Below, in pieces: positions 26,444 to 37,140 of a stretch of 64,000 nt of DNA. The notes under the pieces were generated by a model. The model had not been told where the DNA came from. It searched no databases and was given only the letters and a program-made list of their open reading frames with translations. Made by a program: the position numbers and the translations under genes. The stretch's first letter is position 1. Each line of letters starts with the position of its first letter. The stretch spans positions 27,738-91,737 of the forward strand of contig JALONG010000011.1 of NCBI GenBank assembly GCA_025455065.1, written 5' to 3'. This DNA comes from Candidatus Kapaibacterium sp. GTDB taxonomy: Bacteria > Bacteroidota > Ignavibacteria > Kapaibacteriales > UBA4661.

Positions 26444-28732
26444 TTACACCATCCCGCTTCGCTTGCGTAAAAACCACTCCGCAGCAAACATCACCAGTGC
26501 TGCCGCAAGCAACCATGCCAGATTCCACAAGGCAATATCACTCCTGAGCGTGATTGGACGCGCTTTGTAATTCGGCGAAGACTGTATTGCACGACGCACG
26601 GCATCAGGGTTTGCGGCGACTTCTTCTGCCGTAAAAAATTGTCCTCCGGTAGATTCCGCTAAACGACGCAAAAATACTGCATTCATGCGAAGATTTTGAT
26701 ATTCGATATTTACCCGCCCAACGCTGAAACGCCCTGAATCTTCGCCATATTTCTGGTTATTGACTGCCGCCGTGCCGACGAAACTATATTCTCCTTCGCC
26801 CAACCCTTCCACCGTCGCAGCATACCGCCCCCCGCCAAGCGCCGAAAGCACCACTTCGCGGGCTTGTTTGAGTGCGCTGCTTTGGAGCGTAACGCGCACA
26901 TCTGCGCCGTCCAGAGGGTTATAGGAACGGTCATACACTTGCGCCGTCAATTCGACACTTTCACCGCTTCCATAGACTTTCCGCGATGATTTGATGCGCA
27001 CAAACTTCCCTTGGTCGCTGGTGGAAAGCCATCGCAAACCGTTCTCAAAGAATGTTCCGAAAATATCCGGTACTTCGCGCCCTTTCGCCGCTTCTGCCGC
27101 AAAACCCAGCAATTTCCAGCGATACAGCCCGTAGCCCAAAATTGCCAGCGATTTTGTGTTATTGAGTGTGCGCTGCACCAAAAGCGGCTCTGCAAGCGGC
27201 ACATTGTTTAATTTCACCGTCGAAAGCACCTCCGCTTCAGGCTTGACGCGCACCAATGTCTCGGTGCGGAAAAGCGGCGGCAGTTGATTCCATGCTTTGA
27301 GGTCGGCATCGGTGCCGGAAAGTTTCATCACAGGGCTTGCCAAAGCAGGCTGCTTCACATCCGGCAGCGCCAGCATCTCTTGTTTGCTGCCCGAAAGCGT
27401 TGTGAAGGGCAGAAAGGGTTCTAAGGGGCGCAAACGCACCCAATCCAAGTCCTGCGAAGCGACGAATAACACGGGTTTCCCACGAGAAAGTTCGGTTTTG
27501 ACGACTTCGATGAACGAAAGCGGCGTGGAAGTAAGCGGGAATCCCACCAGCACGATTGCTTCTGCATCGGCGAGGTCTTGACGTAGTGTCTCCAATGTGC
27601 GTTTTGGTGAGGTTTCAAGCGGCTTTCCGTCTTGTGCTGCGGCAACATTATCCAAAAAACCGCCCTTCATATCTTCCACATACACATTGCACTGCACATT
27701 GCTGTTGGCTTCCAAGGACGAGCGAATGAAGGAAATATCGGGCGAAAGCTGTGCCGCAAGCACCAGCGTTTTGCGCTTATTTTTCAGCACATTGACAAAT
27801 TCGGAATACGCATTATTTTTTGTGGTTAATTCACCCTCTAATCCGCTCTGGTTTGAGCTTCTTTGATTCTTGATTTCGGCGGTGAGTGTGTGCATTCCGG
27901 CTTGTTTAGGTTTGTAGACAAAACTCACGGTGCGTGATTCCGTGCCGCGTAGCGGTAAAGTCTGCTCTGCAACCGTTTCTCCGTTGTCCCGCAAGACCAG
28001 TGTTGCTGCGCCTTCGGTAAATCCCGACGATTGCACGGTGATATTCACAGGCAGTTCGCTGTCCACATAGCCGACTTCGTTGGTAATGACTGACCTGACA
28101 GCAATATCTTTCGCTTCGGTGGAATCTCCCACGCCCACAATAACCATCGGTCTGGCAAGCATTTCTGCGGCATAGAGCGGATTTTCCCCTTCGTTAAATG
28201 CACCGTCGGTAACAAGCAACACGGCTTGGGTATTGGTGCGCTCGGCATTTTGAAAAATACGTTGGAGGGGTTTGGTGATATTGGTAAACTGCCCGTCTAA
28301 GCGCATAGAATCAGGAACGAAGTCTTTTGCAGGCACTGTCGAAGCGTCATTGGCAAACAGCGTTATTTCCGAAACTGCCTCTGGCAAGGCATCATTCAGC
28401 GTTTCAGGCTTGAGTGCTTTGAGCGCAGCCAGATAATCGGCTTTGCGGTCGCGTGATGCGTCGCGCAGCGAAAGCGATTCCGAATTATCCAGCAAAATAG
28501 CCACACTCGGCGGCTCTTCGGTTGCGCGAAGAACATTGACAATCGGTTCAAACAGCGCAAAAAGCAATATCCACAAGCCCAGTAAACGCAGAGCCATGAG
28601 GGTAAACCGCCGTGCGGGGGAAATCGGCGGTGTAGTAACGGAATACGCATACCACGAAAGCGCCGCAGCCGCAATGCCACACAATGCAAGCAGCCACCAC
28701 GACGCGCTCAAACTAAAACTGTATGATGCCAT
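26444..28732 (-). CDS. Large membrane protein with an N-terminal double-TM anchor, a vWA-like region and a C-terminal TM anchor. It resembles the BatA-like / two-anchor family.
   Basis: Two N-terminal hydrophobic helices (WWLLALCGIAAAALSWYAY, LLGLWILLFALF), a VLLVTDGAFNEG...VIVGVGDS vWA-like motif, and a C-terminal helix (LAWLLAAALVMFAAEWFL). Confidence 0.4.
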   Translation of the reverse strand: MASYSFSLSASWWLLALCGIAAAALSWYAYSVTTPPISPARRFTLMALRLLGLWILLFALFEPIVNVLRATEEPPSVAILLDNSESLSLRDASRDRKADYLAALKALKPETLNDALPEAVSEITLFANDASTVPAKDFVPDSMRLDGQFTNITKPLQRIFQNAERTNTQAVLLVTDGAFNEGENPLYAAEMLARPMVIVGVGDSTEAKDIAVRSVITNEVGYVDSELPVNITVQSSGFTEGAATLVLRDNGETVAEQTLPLRGTESRTVSFVYKPKQAGMHTLTAEIKNQRSSNQSGLEGELTTKNNAYSEFVNVLKNKRKTLVLAAQLSPDISFIRSSLEANSNVQCNVYVEDMKGGFLDNVAAAQDGKPLETSPKRTLETLRQDLADAEAIVLVGFPLTSTPLSFIEVVKTELSRGKPVLFVASQDLDWVRLRPLEPFLPFTTLSGSKQEMLALPDVKQPALASPVMKLSGTDADLKAWNQLPPLFRTETLVRVKPEAEVLSTVKLNNVPLAEPLLVQRTLNNTKSLAILGYGLYRWKLLGFAAEAAKGREVPDIFGTFFENGLRWLSTSDQGKFVRIKSSRKVYGSGESVELTAQVYDRSYNPLDGADVRVTLQSSALKQAREVVLSALGGGRYAATVEGLGEGEYSFVGTAAVNNQKYGEDSGRFSVGRVNIEYQNLRMNAVFLRRLAESTGGQFFTAEEVAANPDAVRRAIQSSPNYKARPITLRSDIALWNLAWLLAAALVMFAAEWFLRKRSGMV

Positions 28733-28810
28733 GAAGGATAGGAAAAATCAACGAGGAAGGTACAATGAGGTGGTGTTTTTTGACATATCTCGTCAGTCGA
28801 AGCAATACGT

Positions 28811-29452
28811 TTACCCCACAAACTTGTTGCGTTCTTTCTTGAGTTCTCGCACAATATACTGCAAACGCTTGTTGGAAAGCCGCTTTTCGGCAAGCGGGAT
28901 ATAGCGCTCAGTGGTGTTGTTGATGTAAGTAATCGGGTTGCGTTTGAGATTAAATTCGAGGCAACGGAAGTTATCCAACCGTGCAACAAGGCGGATGAGT
29001 AGGCAATCTTCGCTGGCATTGCGCAATTTTTCGACGTGTGCCAAATCAATTTCGTCGGGCTTTTGACGTTGAATTTGGAGATCTTTTGTCAGTGTTTCGA
29101 CGATGTAAGCAACGTATTGACCAAAATTGTATTCGATAACTTCTTTGGTAACGGTCGTAGAATCCTCTAAAACGTCGTGCAGAAGCGCTGCCGAGAGGAT
29201 GTCCACATCGAAACATTCCAATTCGTCAATTAAAATTTTGCATACGCGCGTCGAGTGATAGAAAAAGGGCGTTCCGTCATTGCGAATAAGCGACTCGTGG
29301 ACGCTTTCGGCGAGTTCGTAGGCACTGAGAATTTTGTGCAAATCCAAAACATCAACGGTGTCGCGCAGACGGGATTCTAACTCGGCTTTGCCCAGAAACG
29401 TACGGTTATACGGCGTTGCATTGGGTTCAAGATTGAAGTAGGGCTGCTTCAT
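28811..29452 (-). CDS. HD-domain phosphohydrolase (RelA/SpoT-like hydrolase domain only).
   Basis: H..RV....D......LSAALLHDVLED motif typical of the (p)ppGpp hydrolase HD domain. Size is 213 aa. Confidence 0.6.
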   Translation of the reverse strand: MKQPYFNLEPNATPYNRTFLGKAELESRLRDTVDVLDLHKILSAYELAESVHESLIRNDGTPFFYHSTRVCKILIDELECFDVDILSAALLHDVLEDSTTVTKEVIEYNFGQYVAYIVETLTKDLQIQRQKPDEIDLAHVEKLRNASEDCLLIRLVARLDNFRCLEFNLKRNPITYINNTTERYIPLAEKRLSNKRLQYIVRELKKERNKFVG

Positions 29453-29610
29453 AACGTGGTTTCGATGAAGAATGAGGAATTAATACGTGGGCTGCTCCCT
29501 GAAAGGCTTTCCTTTTGAGGCGTTCCCTTTGCTCACCGCAAAAATACATTCTTTCCCGTCATTGCACAAGCAGATTAGGAAATGGCGAAATTCTTTCCTC
29601 TACAAAACCG

Positions 29611-32046
29611 CTATACCACCTTTGCTAGTGGCAAAGTAAAGGTAAACGTTGTGCCACTACCTTCGGTGCTTTCGACGCGAATAGTACCACCGTTTTTCTC
29701 GACCAATTCCTTGCACAACACCAGCCCCAAGCCGCTTCCTGTCTCATCTTCCGTGCCTTTGGTTGTGTGGACGACATCAATGCGGAAGAGTTTGTCTGCG
29801 TCTTCTTTGCTCATACCGACACCGGTATCGCTGACGGAAATTTCCACCAACTTCGGTTTTTTCGTGCTTTGCGCTGCACTAATAGTGACGCTGCCGCCTG
29901 CGGGTGTGAATTTCAGCGCGTTAGAAACAAGATTTTGCACCACAGAGCGAATCATATTTTCATCGGCATAGACCGCCAAAGCGCTTGAAACCTCGCAATT
30001 GAGTACAATCCCTTTTGCATTGGCATTCTCTCGGAAAAGCGCCTCCACCGGAGCAACAATCTCCTCAAGCGGCAACACTGTTGGTTGATATTTCATGCGC
30101 CCGGTGTGTGCTTGCGCCCATTTGAGCAGATTCTCCATGAAATCAAACACGTTATTTGCTTGGGTATTCAGTGCCGCAGCAAGTTCCTGAATGTCGCTTC
30201 GTTCCAACTCTCCTGCGCCTTCAGCGAGTAATTTGGTAATGCCTAACAGCGACGAAAAGGGGCTGCGTAAATCATGCGAAATAATCGAAAAAAACTTGTC
30301 TTTGCTGCTGTTCAAATCTTCCAACTCTTTCTGCTTTTGCATGAGTTCGCCGTTGAGTTGCAAGAGCATATCCGATTGGCGCTCCAGTGCTGATTTTTGC
30401 TCCGAAACAAGCGTGGTGTAGTGCTGCATATTTGCTTGCGCTGCTTTACGCTCATCAATGTTTTCCAGCATCCGAATCACAAACGCGGGTTTTCCTGACG
30501 TATCGCGCACAAGCGATGCCGTTACGTTTGTCCAAATCGGCGAGCCGTCACGGTGAAGATATTGTAATTCCAGCGTATAGGAATCAATTGAGCCGGAAAG
30601 CAGTTCGTAGAAGAGTTCTGCGCTGCGGTCGCGGTCTTCGGGACGCACAAAATCAAGAAAGTGGCGGTTGCGCACTTCATCTTCCGAATATCCCAAAAAG
30701 CGCTCTACTTGTTTGTTACACGCAATCAATTGTCCTTGCGGGTTCAAGATAGAAACTGCAAGCGGCGCACGGTCAAAAATGGTGCGGAACCGCGCTTCGC
30801 TCTCCCGCAATGCCTCTTCTGACAATTTGCGATCGAAGGCGTGAACAAGCGTTTCTGCCACCAAACGCAGCATCCGCACTTCCTCTTTCGACCACACACG
30901 CTCTTGCTTGACAACGCTCAAACCAATCAGCCCAATCACGCGCCCTTCGATATGAAGCGGAACAACAAGCAGGGATTTCGTTCCGGCGGCTTCCAATCCC
31001 TCGCGCAGTGCTACGGCTTCGGGCGGAAGCGTGTCCATACGGGCGATTTGGATGGAGCGCAACTGCTCCAAACGGTCAAACGCCCAGCGCAAGCCTGATG
31101 GAGCGATTTCTCGAATTTGAATAGGGGAAATTCCGGGTGCAGACCACGAGTACGCATCCCGCATAATATCTGCTTTGACGGTCTTATTGAATGCGGCTTC
31201 AATCGAGGTTTGCGGACTGAGAAAAATATAGCATCGATCGGATTTGCTTGATTCTCCAACTTGACGCAGTGCTTCTTGCACCGTTGTATCAATTTCGGCA
31301 ACGCTTGCCTGCGCAAACATCCGCGAAACGTTTGCCGTTGCTTTTTCCAGTGAAGAATGATAATCCAAGAGTTCTTGCGCTTCGCGGAGCGATTGAATAT
31401 CGTGCAAGTAGCCTAAAATCACACTAACTTTGCCCTCTTGCGTACGCTCCATGACATAACGACGGTCTTGCACCCACCTGTAGGAACCGTCTGAACAGCG
31501 CATCCGCGCTTGCACATCGAAAAACGGCATTTCCGCATCAGTTTCTTCCGCAGCCATATTCATGCGCTCAAGTTGTTCTTGATGCAGTTCCAAAATTGCT
31601 GCTCGCTCTTCAGGATGCAGGTGTGATTGTAGCATTTCCACTTCGCCACTCAGAATACCTGCGGGGTCATAACCATAACGGCGAATTGCTTGATTTACAT
31701 AAAGATAGCGATTAGTTTCGGGGTTAAACAGATAAATCACATCCGGCAACAGCGTATCAATGACCTGTACAAGCCATTGGTTAAATGCCAAACGCCCCGC
31801 AAGCGAGGTGGTATCGGATTGCGTTGTGTGCAGTGCAGGAAATAAAGCGGCACCCGATGTTCCTCCCAATATCGCCGCAAGGCGCTCAAAAGAAGCATCG
31901 TCTTTGCAAAACTGCCGCAGTTGCTCTATCGTACTTGCGGCTATGCTCTCTGTACGCGGATCAAAAGGCTGCATAGGATATATCCCCAAACGTTGATGGG
32001 CGAGTGAACCAAGATTCACAAACGGTCGTTGAAAGGTCTTTGTCAT
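29611..32046 (-). CDS. Sensor histidine kinase with PAS and GAF domains.
   Basis: C-terminal HisKA (FFSIISHDLRSP) and HATPase_c (DTGVGMSKED...GSGLGLVLCKELVEKNGGTIRVES). PAS/GAF-like regions lie upstream. Confidence 0.85.
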   Translation of the reverse strand: MTKTFQRPFVNLGSLAHQRLGIYPMQPFDPRTESIAASTIEQLRQFCKDDASFERLAAILGGTSGAALFPALHTTQSDTTSLAGRLAFNQWLVQVIDTLLPDVIYLFNPETNRYLYVNQAIRRYGYDPAGILSGEVEMLQSHLHPEERAAILELHQEQLERMNMAAEETDAEMPFFDVQARMRCSDGSYRWVQDRRYVMERTQEGKVSVILGYLHDIQSLREAQELLDYHSSLEKATANVSRMFAQASVAEIDTTVQEALRQVGESSKSDRCYIFLSPQTSIEAAFNKTVKADIMRDAYSWSAPGISPIQIREIAPSGLRWAFDRLEQLRSIQIARMDTLPPEAVALREGLEAAGTKSLLVVPLHIEGRVIGLIGLSVVKQERVWSKEEVRMLRLVAETLVHAFDRKLSEEALRESEARFRTIFDRAPLAVSILNPQGQLIACNKQVERFLGYSEDEVRNRHFLDFVRPEDRDRSAELFYELLSGSIDSYTLELQYLHRDGSPIWTNVTASLVRDTSGKPAFVIRMLENIDERKAAQANMQHYTTLVSEQKSALERQSDMLLQLNGELMQKQKELEDLNSSKDKFFSIISHDLRSPFSSLLGITKLLAEGAGELERSDIQELAAALNTQANNVFDFMENLLKWAQAHTGRMKYQPTVLPLEEIVAPVEALFRENANAKGIVLNCEVSSALAVYADENMIRSVVQNLVSNALKFTPAGGSVTISAAQSTKKPKLVEISVSDTGVGMSKEDADKLFRIDVVHTTKGTEDETGSGLGLVLCKELVEKNGGTIRVESTEGSGTTFTFTLPLAKVV

Positions 32047-32218
32047 CGAAAAAATGTCGGTATTGAAAACACGATATTGAAAAAATTATTCACATTCTGT
32101 GTTCTCTAAAAACGAATATAACGAAAATATATTGTTTAAGTGAATAATCTTGCTTTTTGCAATACGAAATACAGAACGAAAAAGATTCAATATTAGCCAC
32201 AGTATCATTGTATATCAA

Positions 32219-33682
32219 TCACTTATACTGTTGCGCCCAAATGCTATTCGAGGAAAATTGCGGTTTGCGGCGATTCCCAAGCGCACTGCGCGTAAATGCG
32301 GCTGCCGCAGCGATGATGTTCTGCATTTCCTCCGGCACTTGTTTGTGCCAATTCTCTTGCACAAAAAAAGTCGAGTATTTCCCCGTGCGGAAAGGTTCGG
32401 AATTAATCGCAAATTTACAGAAAGGAATTGTTGTGTTGAAGCCGCTCAAATGGTAGTTGTCCAGCGCACCGAGCGCACGTTCAATCGCTTCATTGCGGTC
32501 GCGTCCCCAAACAATCAACTTTGCAGCCATTGAATCGTAGTGAATACCGCTCTCATAGCCGACATACAGCGCAGAATCGTTACGAATATACTCTGCTTCG
32601 GGAAGCGCGAGATAGCTGATAACACCTGCATCGGGGAAGAAATCATTATAGACATCTTCCACACAAATACGGCACTCAATGGCGTGTCCTTTCGGCGTGA
32701 TGTCCTCTTGCTTCAGCGTCAGAACTTCTCCCGCAGCAATGCGTAATTGATGCTCAACCAAATCCACGCCCGTAACTGCTTCGGTAACGGGATGCTCCAC
32801 CTGAAGCCGCGTATTAACTTCCATAAAATAGAATTTGCCCGAAGCATCCAAAAGAAATTCCAGTGTTCCGGCGTTGGTATATTTTGCCGCCTGTACCAAC
32901 CGCGAAGCCGCTTCACCCATAGCTTTGCGGAGTTCCGGCGTAATAGCGGTGGAGGGCGATTCTTCCACAACTTTTTGGTGTCGGCGTTGAATCGAACACT
33001 CGCGTTCGGGGAAATACAGCACGTTGCCGTGCGTGTCGGCGAGAATTTGAATTTCGATGTGACGCGGACGAACAATGTATTTTTCGATAAACACGCGGTC
33101 ATCGGCAAATGCCGTCAAAGCCTCTCCCTGTGCGCTTGCCAAGCCGCTTTCGAGTTCTTCCATCTGCTCCACAACACGCATCCCTTTTCCACCGCCGCCT
33201 GCGGCAGCTTTCAAAATAACGGGGAAGCCGATTTTTTCGGCATAATCACGCACTTCTTCATATGACGAAACGGCACTTGTCGAACCCGCAGCAAACGGCA
33301 CATTGGAAGCCTCCGCAAGCGCACGGGCGGCTGTTTTGTCGCCTAAGCGGTCAATCGCTTCCGGCGACGGTCCGATAAACACGATGCCTGCTTCGGCGAC
33401 ACGCTGCGCAAAATCGTGGTTTTCCGACAAAAAACCGTAGCCCGGGTGAATCGCCTCTGCTCCGGTTTTCTTTGCTGCATCCAACACTTTGTCCATCACC
33501 AAATAGCTCTCGCGCGGCGTAAAACCGCCGATTGCAATCGCTTCATCCGCCTCGCGGACGTGAATAGATTGTTTGTCCGCATCAGAGTAAATTGCTACGG
33601 TTGCGATGCCCATTTTGCGGCACGTTTTAATGATGCGGAGTGCTATTTCACCGCGATTGGCAATGAGTATTTTTTTGAACAT
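32219..33682 (-). CDS. accC: Biotin carboxylase, acetyl-CoA carboxylase subunit.
   Basis: MFKKILIANRGEIALRIIKTCRKMGIATVAIYS N-terminus and ATP-grasp motifs. The track ORF extends 25 codons upstream without homology. Confidence 0.9.
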   Translation of the reverse strand: MFKKILIANRGEIALRIIKTCRKMGIATVAIYSDADKQSIHVREADEAIAIGGFTPRESYLVMDKVLDAAKKTGAEAIHPGYGFLSENHDFAQRVAEAGIVFIGPSPEAIDRLGDKTAARALAEASNVPFAAGSTSAVSSYEEVRDYAEKIGFPVILKAAAGGGGKGMRVVEQMEELESGLASAQGEALTAFADDRVFIEKYIVRPRHIEIQILADTHGNVLYFPERECSIQRRHQKVVEESPSTAITPELRKAMGEAASRLVQAAKYTNAGTLEFLLDASGKFYFMEVNTRLQVEHPVTEAVTGVDLVEHQLRIAAGEVLTLKQEDITPKGHAIECRICVEDVYNDFFPDAGVISYLALPEAEYIRNDSALYVGYESGIHYDSMAAKLIVWGRDRNEAIERALGALDNYHLSGFNTTIPFCKFAINSEPFRTGKYSTFFVQENWHKQVPEEMQNIIAAAAAFTRSALGNRRKPQFSSNSIWAQQYK

Positions 33683-34002
33683 AAATTTGGAAACATTGAC
33701 GTTGCACAAAGGAATTGACAGAAACAATAAATTACGCAATGATGCGCTTTTGAGCAACCTTTTTTCGTTGGTAAAAGAATTGCACCAATGCAGGTTTTTT
33801 CACTGCTTGCTTTTACCGCGAAACAATACTATTTTACCGCGTAGTTTTGGCAGTACATGGCATCACTGCATCACAACTTTACTGCACGATACCTCATTTT
33901 CTTCATCTCCTTTTCCTCGTGGTTATGCGCTCACAGCACACGTTTTTTTGCAAGGGGCAATATTCGCAGAGTACAACATTTGCGCTTATTCCTGCCCTTT
34001 TG

Positions 34003-37000
34003 ATGTCCCTTTGCTTTCTGTGGATGTTGCTTGCTTTTGCGAATATTCTGACCGCGCAAACAATCCCGATTTCTCCCAAAACCATCAAAGACAGCAAAGG
34101 AAGAGACTTTTGGCTGGCGTTTCCGCGTAACCACCACCAAACCGACATCAATCTTGACAGGCTGTACATCAGCATTGCTTCGGAGCGTATAACGCGGGGG
34201 CGCATTGAATTTCGACAAGCAGGGCGTTTACGCACTGAGAATTTTTCTCTAAGTGCAAACGATGTATTCACGTTGGAATTACCTGTGAGCGGCTTGGAAA
34301 TTGACGAGGATATTGTTTCACGCAAAAGTTTTCACATTATCGCCGACGAGGAAGTTTCTGTCTATGGTCTTACCGTCGCAAACACCACAAGCGATGCGTT
34401 TTTGGCGTTTCCGACGGATGTGTTGGGGCGTGAATATGTCATTACGTCCTACCCAAGCAATTTGACCTTGCAAAATAACGGCAGAACGGTGAACACTGTT
34501 GCCTCAACGATGTCGCAATTTGCCTTGCTTGCCGTTGAAGACAGCACCGTTGTTCATATTCGCCCAACGGCGAGGGTCTGGGGCGCAAGCACCGTTGCGT
34601 CGTTTACGGTGGTGTTGAATCAAGGCGAAACGTATTTGGTCTCCAATTATCTTGTACCCGAAAACGCCCTGATTGATTACACAGGGTCTCGCGTTACTTC
34701 TACTAAGCCGCTTGTCGTCTATTCCGGGCATGAACGTGCTGCCATTCCCATCAATAGCGCCTCATCAAGAGATTGTTTAATTGAGCAGATGCTTCCTCTG
34801 GAAGTATGGGGCAAAACAGCGCTCGTTGTGCCGTATCCCAGACCAACACAAGGCGGAGCAGATTTTGGATGCGATAGAATTCGTGTCGTTGCCGGCTACG
34901 ACAATACCATCGTTCAGGTAAACAGCGTCACCGTTGCAACGCTGCCTGCGGGTGGCTTTTACGAAATGGTGATTTCGACCGAAGCATCGGTTGTTACGTC
35001 CGAACCCAGCATGGTTTCAGGATATAAATGCAGTTCTCAGCGCCCGGGAAATACCACGATTATCGGCGACCCTTTTTTAGCGGTCATTCCGCCTGTGGAG
35101 CAGTATTTGACGCGGTATCGGTTTAATTGTGTGCAAGGTCTTCAAGTTGCGCAAGGTGGCTTCAGCCGCTTCGAGCCTGCGTTTCAAGAACATTTCGTTA
35201 CAGTGATTGTGCCTTCGACCAAGGCAACGACAGTTGTTTTGGACGGGCGAGCAGTTTTAGCGCAAAATTTTCGGCGCATTCCGCAATCTGATTATTCCTA
35301 TGCAAGTATTCAGATTGGCGAAGGAACGCACAGTATCAACGCTGATACGACCTTTGGTATCACCGTTGCAGGCTACGGACGGGCAAATTCCTACGGGTAC
35401 ATCGGCGGACAGCGCTTTGAGACGGATATTCGTCCGCCGCAAATCGTTGTAAACCGCTCCTGCACAGGTCTTCGGGGTATGACTTTTGACAGCAATTATA
35501 CCGATTCCAAGATTTTTTTCTACGACACGCTCAGTGCAGCACAGCGCAATATCCGCTTCCGCTTTGGTTCATTGCCGCGTCCGGCGGATTCGCTGAGTTT
35601 TGAAGCAGATTTGCTGAATCCTTACGAAGATGGTTCCTTGGGGCTGATAGTAGTGGATTCGCTGGATTTACGCACAGTGCAGCGTATTGTCGTGCCGGGT
35701 TTCACCGTTCACCGCGACCCGACAATCCGCACCAATGCTGTTGTTTCGACTTCCAGCATCATGCGGCTTGCAACGGGGCGCGATTACTGCTTTCGGCTTA
35801 ATTTGACAAATTATGGCGCAACCAACCAAACCATTCAGAACGTCGGTTTTGCGCGGGGTTTACGGCAATTTTCTTCAAACCTTTCGCGTCCGGTCAGGAT
35901 TGAACCACGTACACAAGGCACGGTGGAATACTGCTTCCGCTCGAACGAAGACGGCTTGTTTATTGATACTTTGACCATTACCAACGGCTGCATCACGCGC
36001 CCGATTCTCGCTATTCGCATCGAAGCCGCACAAGACCGCTTTGCGCCAGTGCTTGCAAAAAGCAGTGATTCGTGTAATCGTACAACGACGTTTGAAGCCT
36101 CTGACAACCGTACATTTGATGCGGGTTTGGACAAAATTGAAATGTCGCTTATTAACCTAACACCACAGCAAACGTTCATCGGCGATGCCGCATCTGTGCC
36201 GGACAGCACAAAGCGCCCCGTCCGCCTTACGCTCACAGTGGTGAATCCTCGTGCTGATGCGGTCTATGCACTGCGTTTCATAGATTCCGTCGGAAATGTT
36301 ACCACCGCCCAAGACACGATACGCGGCTTCACGGCGCGGTTTATACCTTCGCCCGACACAACGACTGGTACGTTGCGCACCGTTAGTGTCATAAACGGAG
36401 GAAATTCTCGTCAAGAGTACCGTTTTACTGCGGTGGAGGCTTCAATGCTGACCTGCGGAACGATTGCCGTACAGAATACAGGCATTGTGCCGTTTGTTTT
36501 TGAACAATCGTATTTAAGCCGCAATGTCAATTTTTCGCTGCCGCCTGCGCAACTCCCCTTTGTAATTCCTGCCGGAGCCAGGCGATTGCTGACGGTCTGC
36601 TTCAATCCGCCGCTTGTGGCAAATTACCGCGATACCATCAGCATAACGCGATTTTGCATCACTGACCAAATAGCTCTTGTCGGCGAAGGCTTAACTGCCA
36701 CACGCTTTGCCGGAACCCGTTGTGATGCAATTGTCCGCTTAACGCCGCGCTACGGAAGCGGCTCTGCCGCTCAGGCGCAAACGCTGTCCATTCGCCATTA
36801 TCCCGACCCTGCGAATGACCATTTTTCCCTGAGTTTTGAAGTTGCCGAAACGCAAGCGCTGACAGTGAATGTGTATTCGATGCTGGGAACGCTTGTTGCG
36901 TCCTTGCCCAAGCAGAGATTTGAAACGGGTGCATACCAACTAACACTGAATGTGCCAACGTTGGAAGCAGGTGCGTACTATTGCGAAGTACAATCCGACA

Positions 37001-37047
37001 AGCCCGATGTCAAACGCTGGACAGGACTGGTGAGAATTGCGCGGTAG
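34003..37047 (+). CDS. Large secreted protein with an IgGFc-binding-like N-terminal domain and a type-A T9SS C-terminal sorting domain.
   Basis: Signal peptide MSLCFLWMLLAFANILTAQ. DFWLAFPRN ... SDAFLAFPTDVLGREYVI resembles the FCGBP N-domain. The C-terminus YPDPANDHFSLSFE...GAYYCEV...KRWTGLVRIAR is a Por/T9SS CTD. Alternative starts exist at 33847 and 33925. Confidence 0.6.
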   Translation: MSLCFLWMLLAFANILTAQTIPISPKTIKDSKGRDFWLAFPRNHHQTDINLDRLYISIASERITRGRIEFRQAGRLRTENFSLSANDVFTLELPVSGLEIDEDIVSRKSFHIIADEEVSVYGLTVANTTSDAFLAFPTDVLGREYVITSYPSNLTLQNNGRTVNTVASTMSQFALLAVEDSTVVHIRPTARVWGASTVASFTVVLNQGETYLVSNYLVPENALIDYTGSRVTSTKPLVVYSGHERAAIPINSASSRDCLIEQMLPLEVWGKTALVVPYPRPTQGGADFGCDRIRVVAGYDNTIVQVNSVTVATLPAGGFYEMVISTEASVVTSEPSMVSGYKCSSQRPGNTTIIGDPFLAVIPPVEQYLTRYRFNCVQGLQVAQGGFSRFEPAFQEHFVTVIVPSTKATTVVLDGRAVLAQNFRRIPQSDYSYASIQIGEGTHSINADTTFGITVAGYGRANSYGYIGGQRFETDIRPPQIVVNRSCTGLRGMTFDSNYTDSKIFFYDTLSAAQRNIRFRFGSLPRPADSLSFEADLLNPYEDGSLGLIVVDSLDLRTVQRIVVPGFTVHRDPTIRTNAVVSTSSIMRLATGRDYCFRLNLTNYGATNQTIQNVGFARGLRQFSSNLSRPVRIEPRTQGTVEYCFRSNEDGLFIDTLTITNGCITRPILAIRIEAAQDRFAPVLAKSSDSCNRTTTFEASDNRTFDAGLDKIEMSLINLTPQQTFIGDAASVPDSTKRPVRLTLTVVNPRADAVYALRFIDSVGNVTTAQDTIRGFTARFIPSPDTTTGTLRTVSVINGGNSRQEYRFTAVEASMLTCGTIAVQNTGIVPFVFEQSYLSRNVNFSLPPAQLPFVIPAGARRLLTVCFNPPLVANYRDTISITRFCITDQIALVGEGLTATRFAGTRCDAIVRLTPRYGSGSAAQAQTLSIRHYPDPANDHFSLSFEVAETQALTVNVYSMLGTLVASLPKQRFETGAYQLTLNVPTLEAGAYYCEVQSDKPDVKRWTGLVRIAR

Positions 37048-37140
37048 TGTGTATGCGGTCTGAGGCGTGGTGTTTGGTAAAAAAATCGTATTTTTGCTGC
37101 AAGGCGCACAGTAATTTTCCCCCTTCAAATTCTCAAGACC

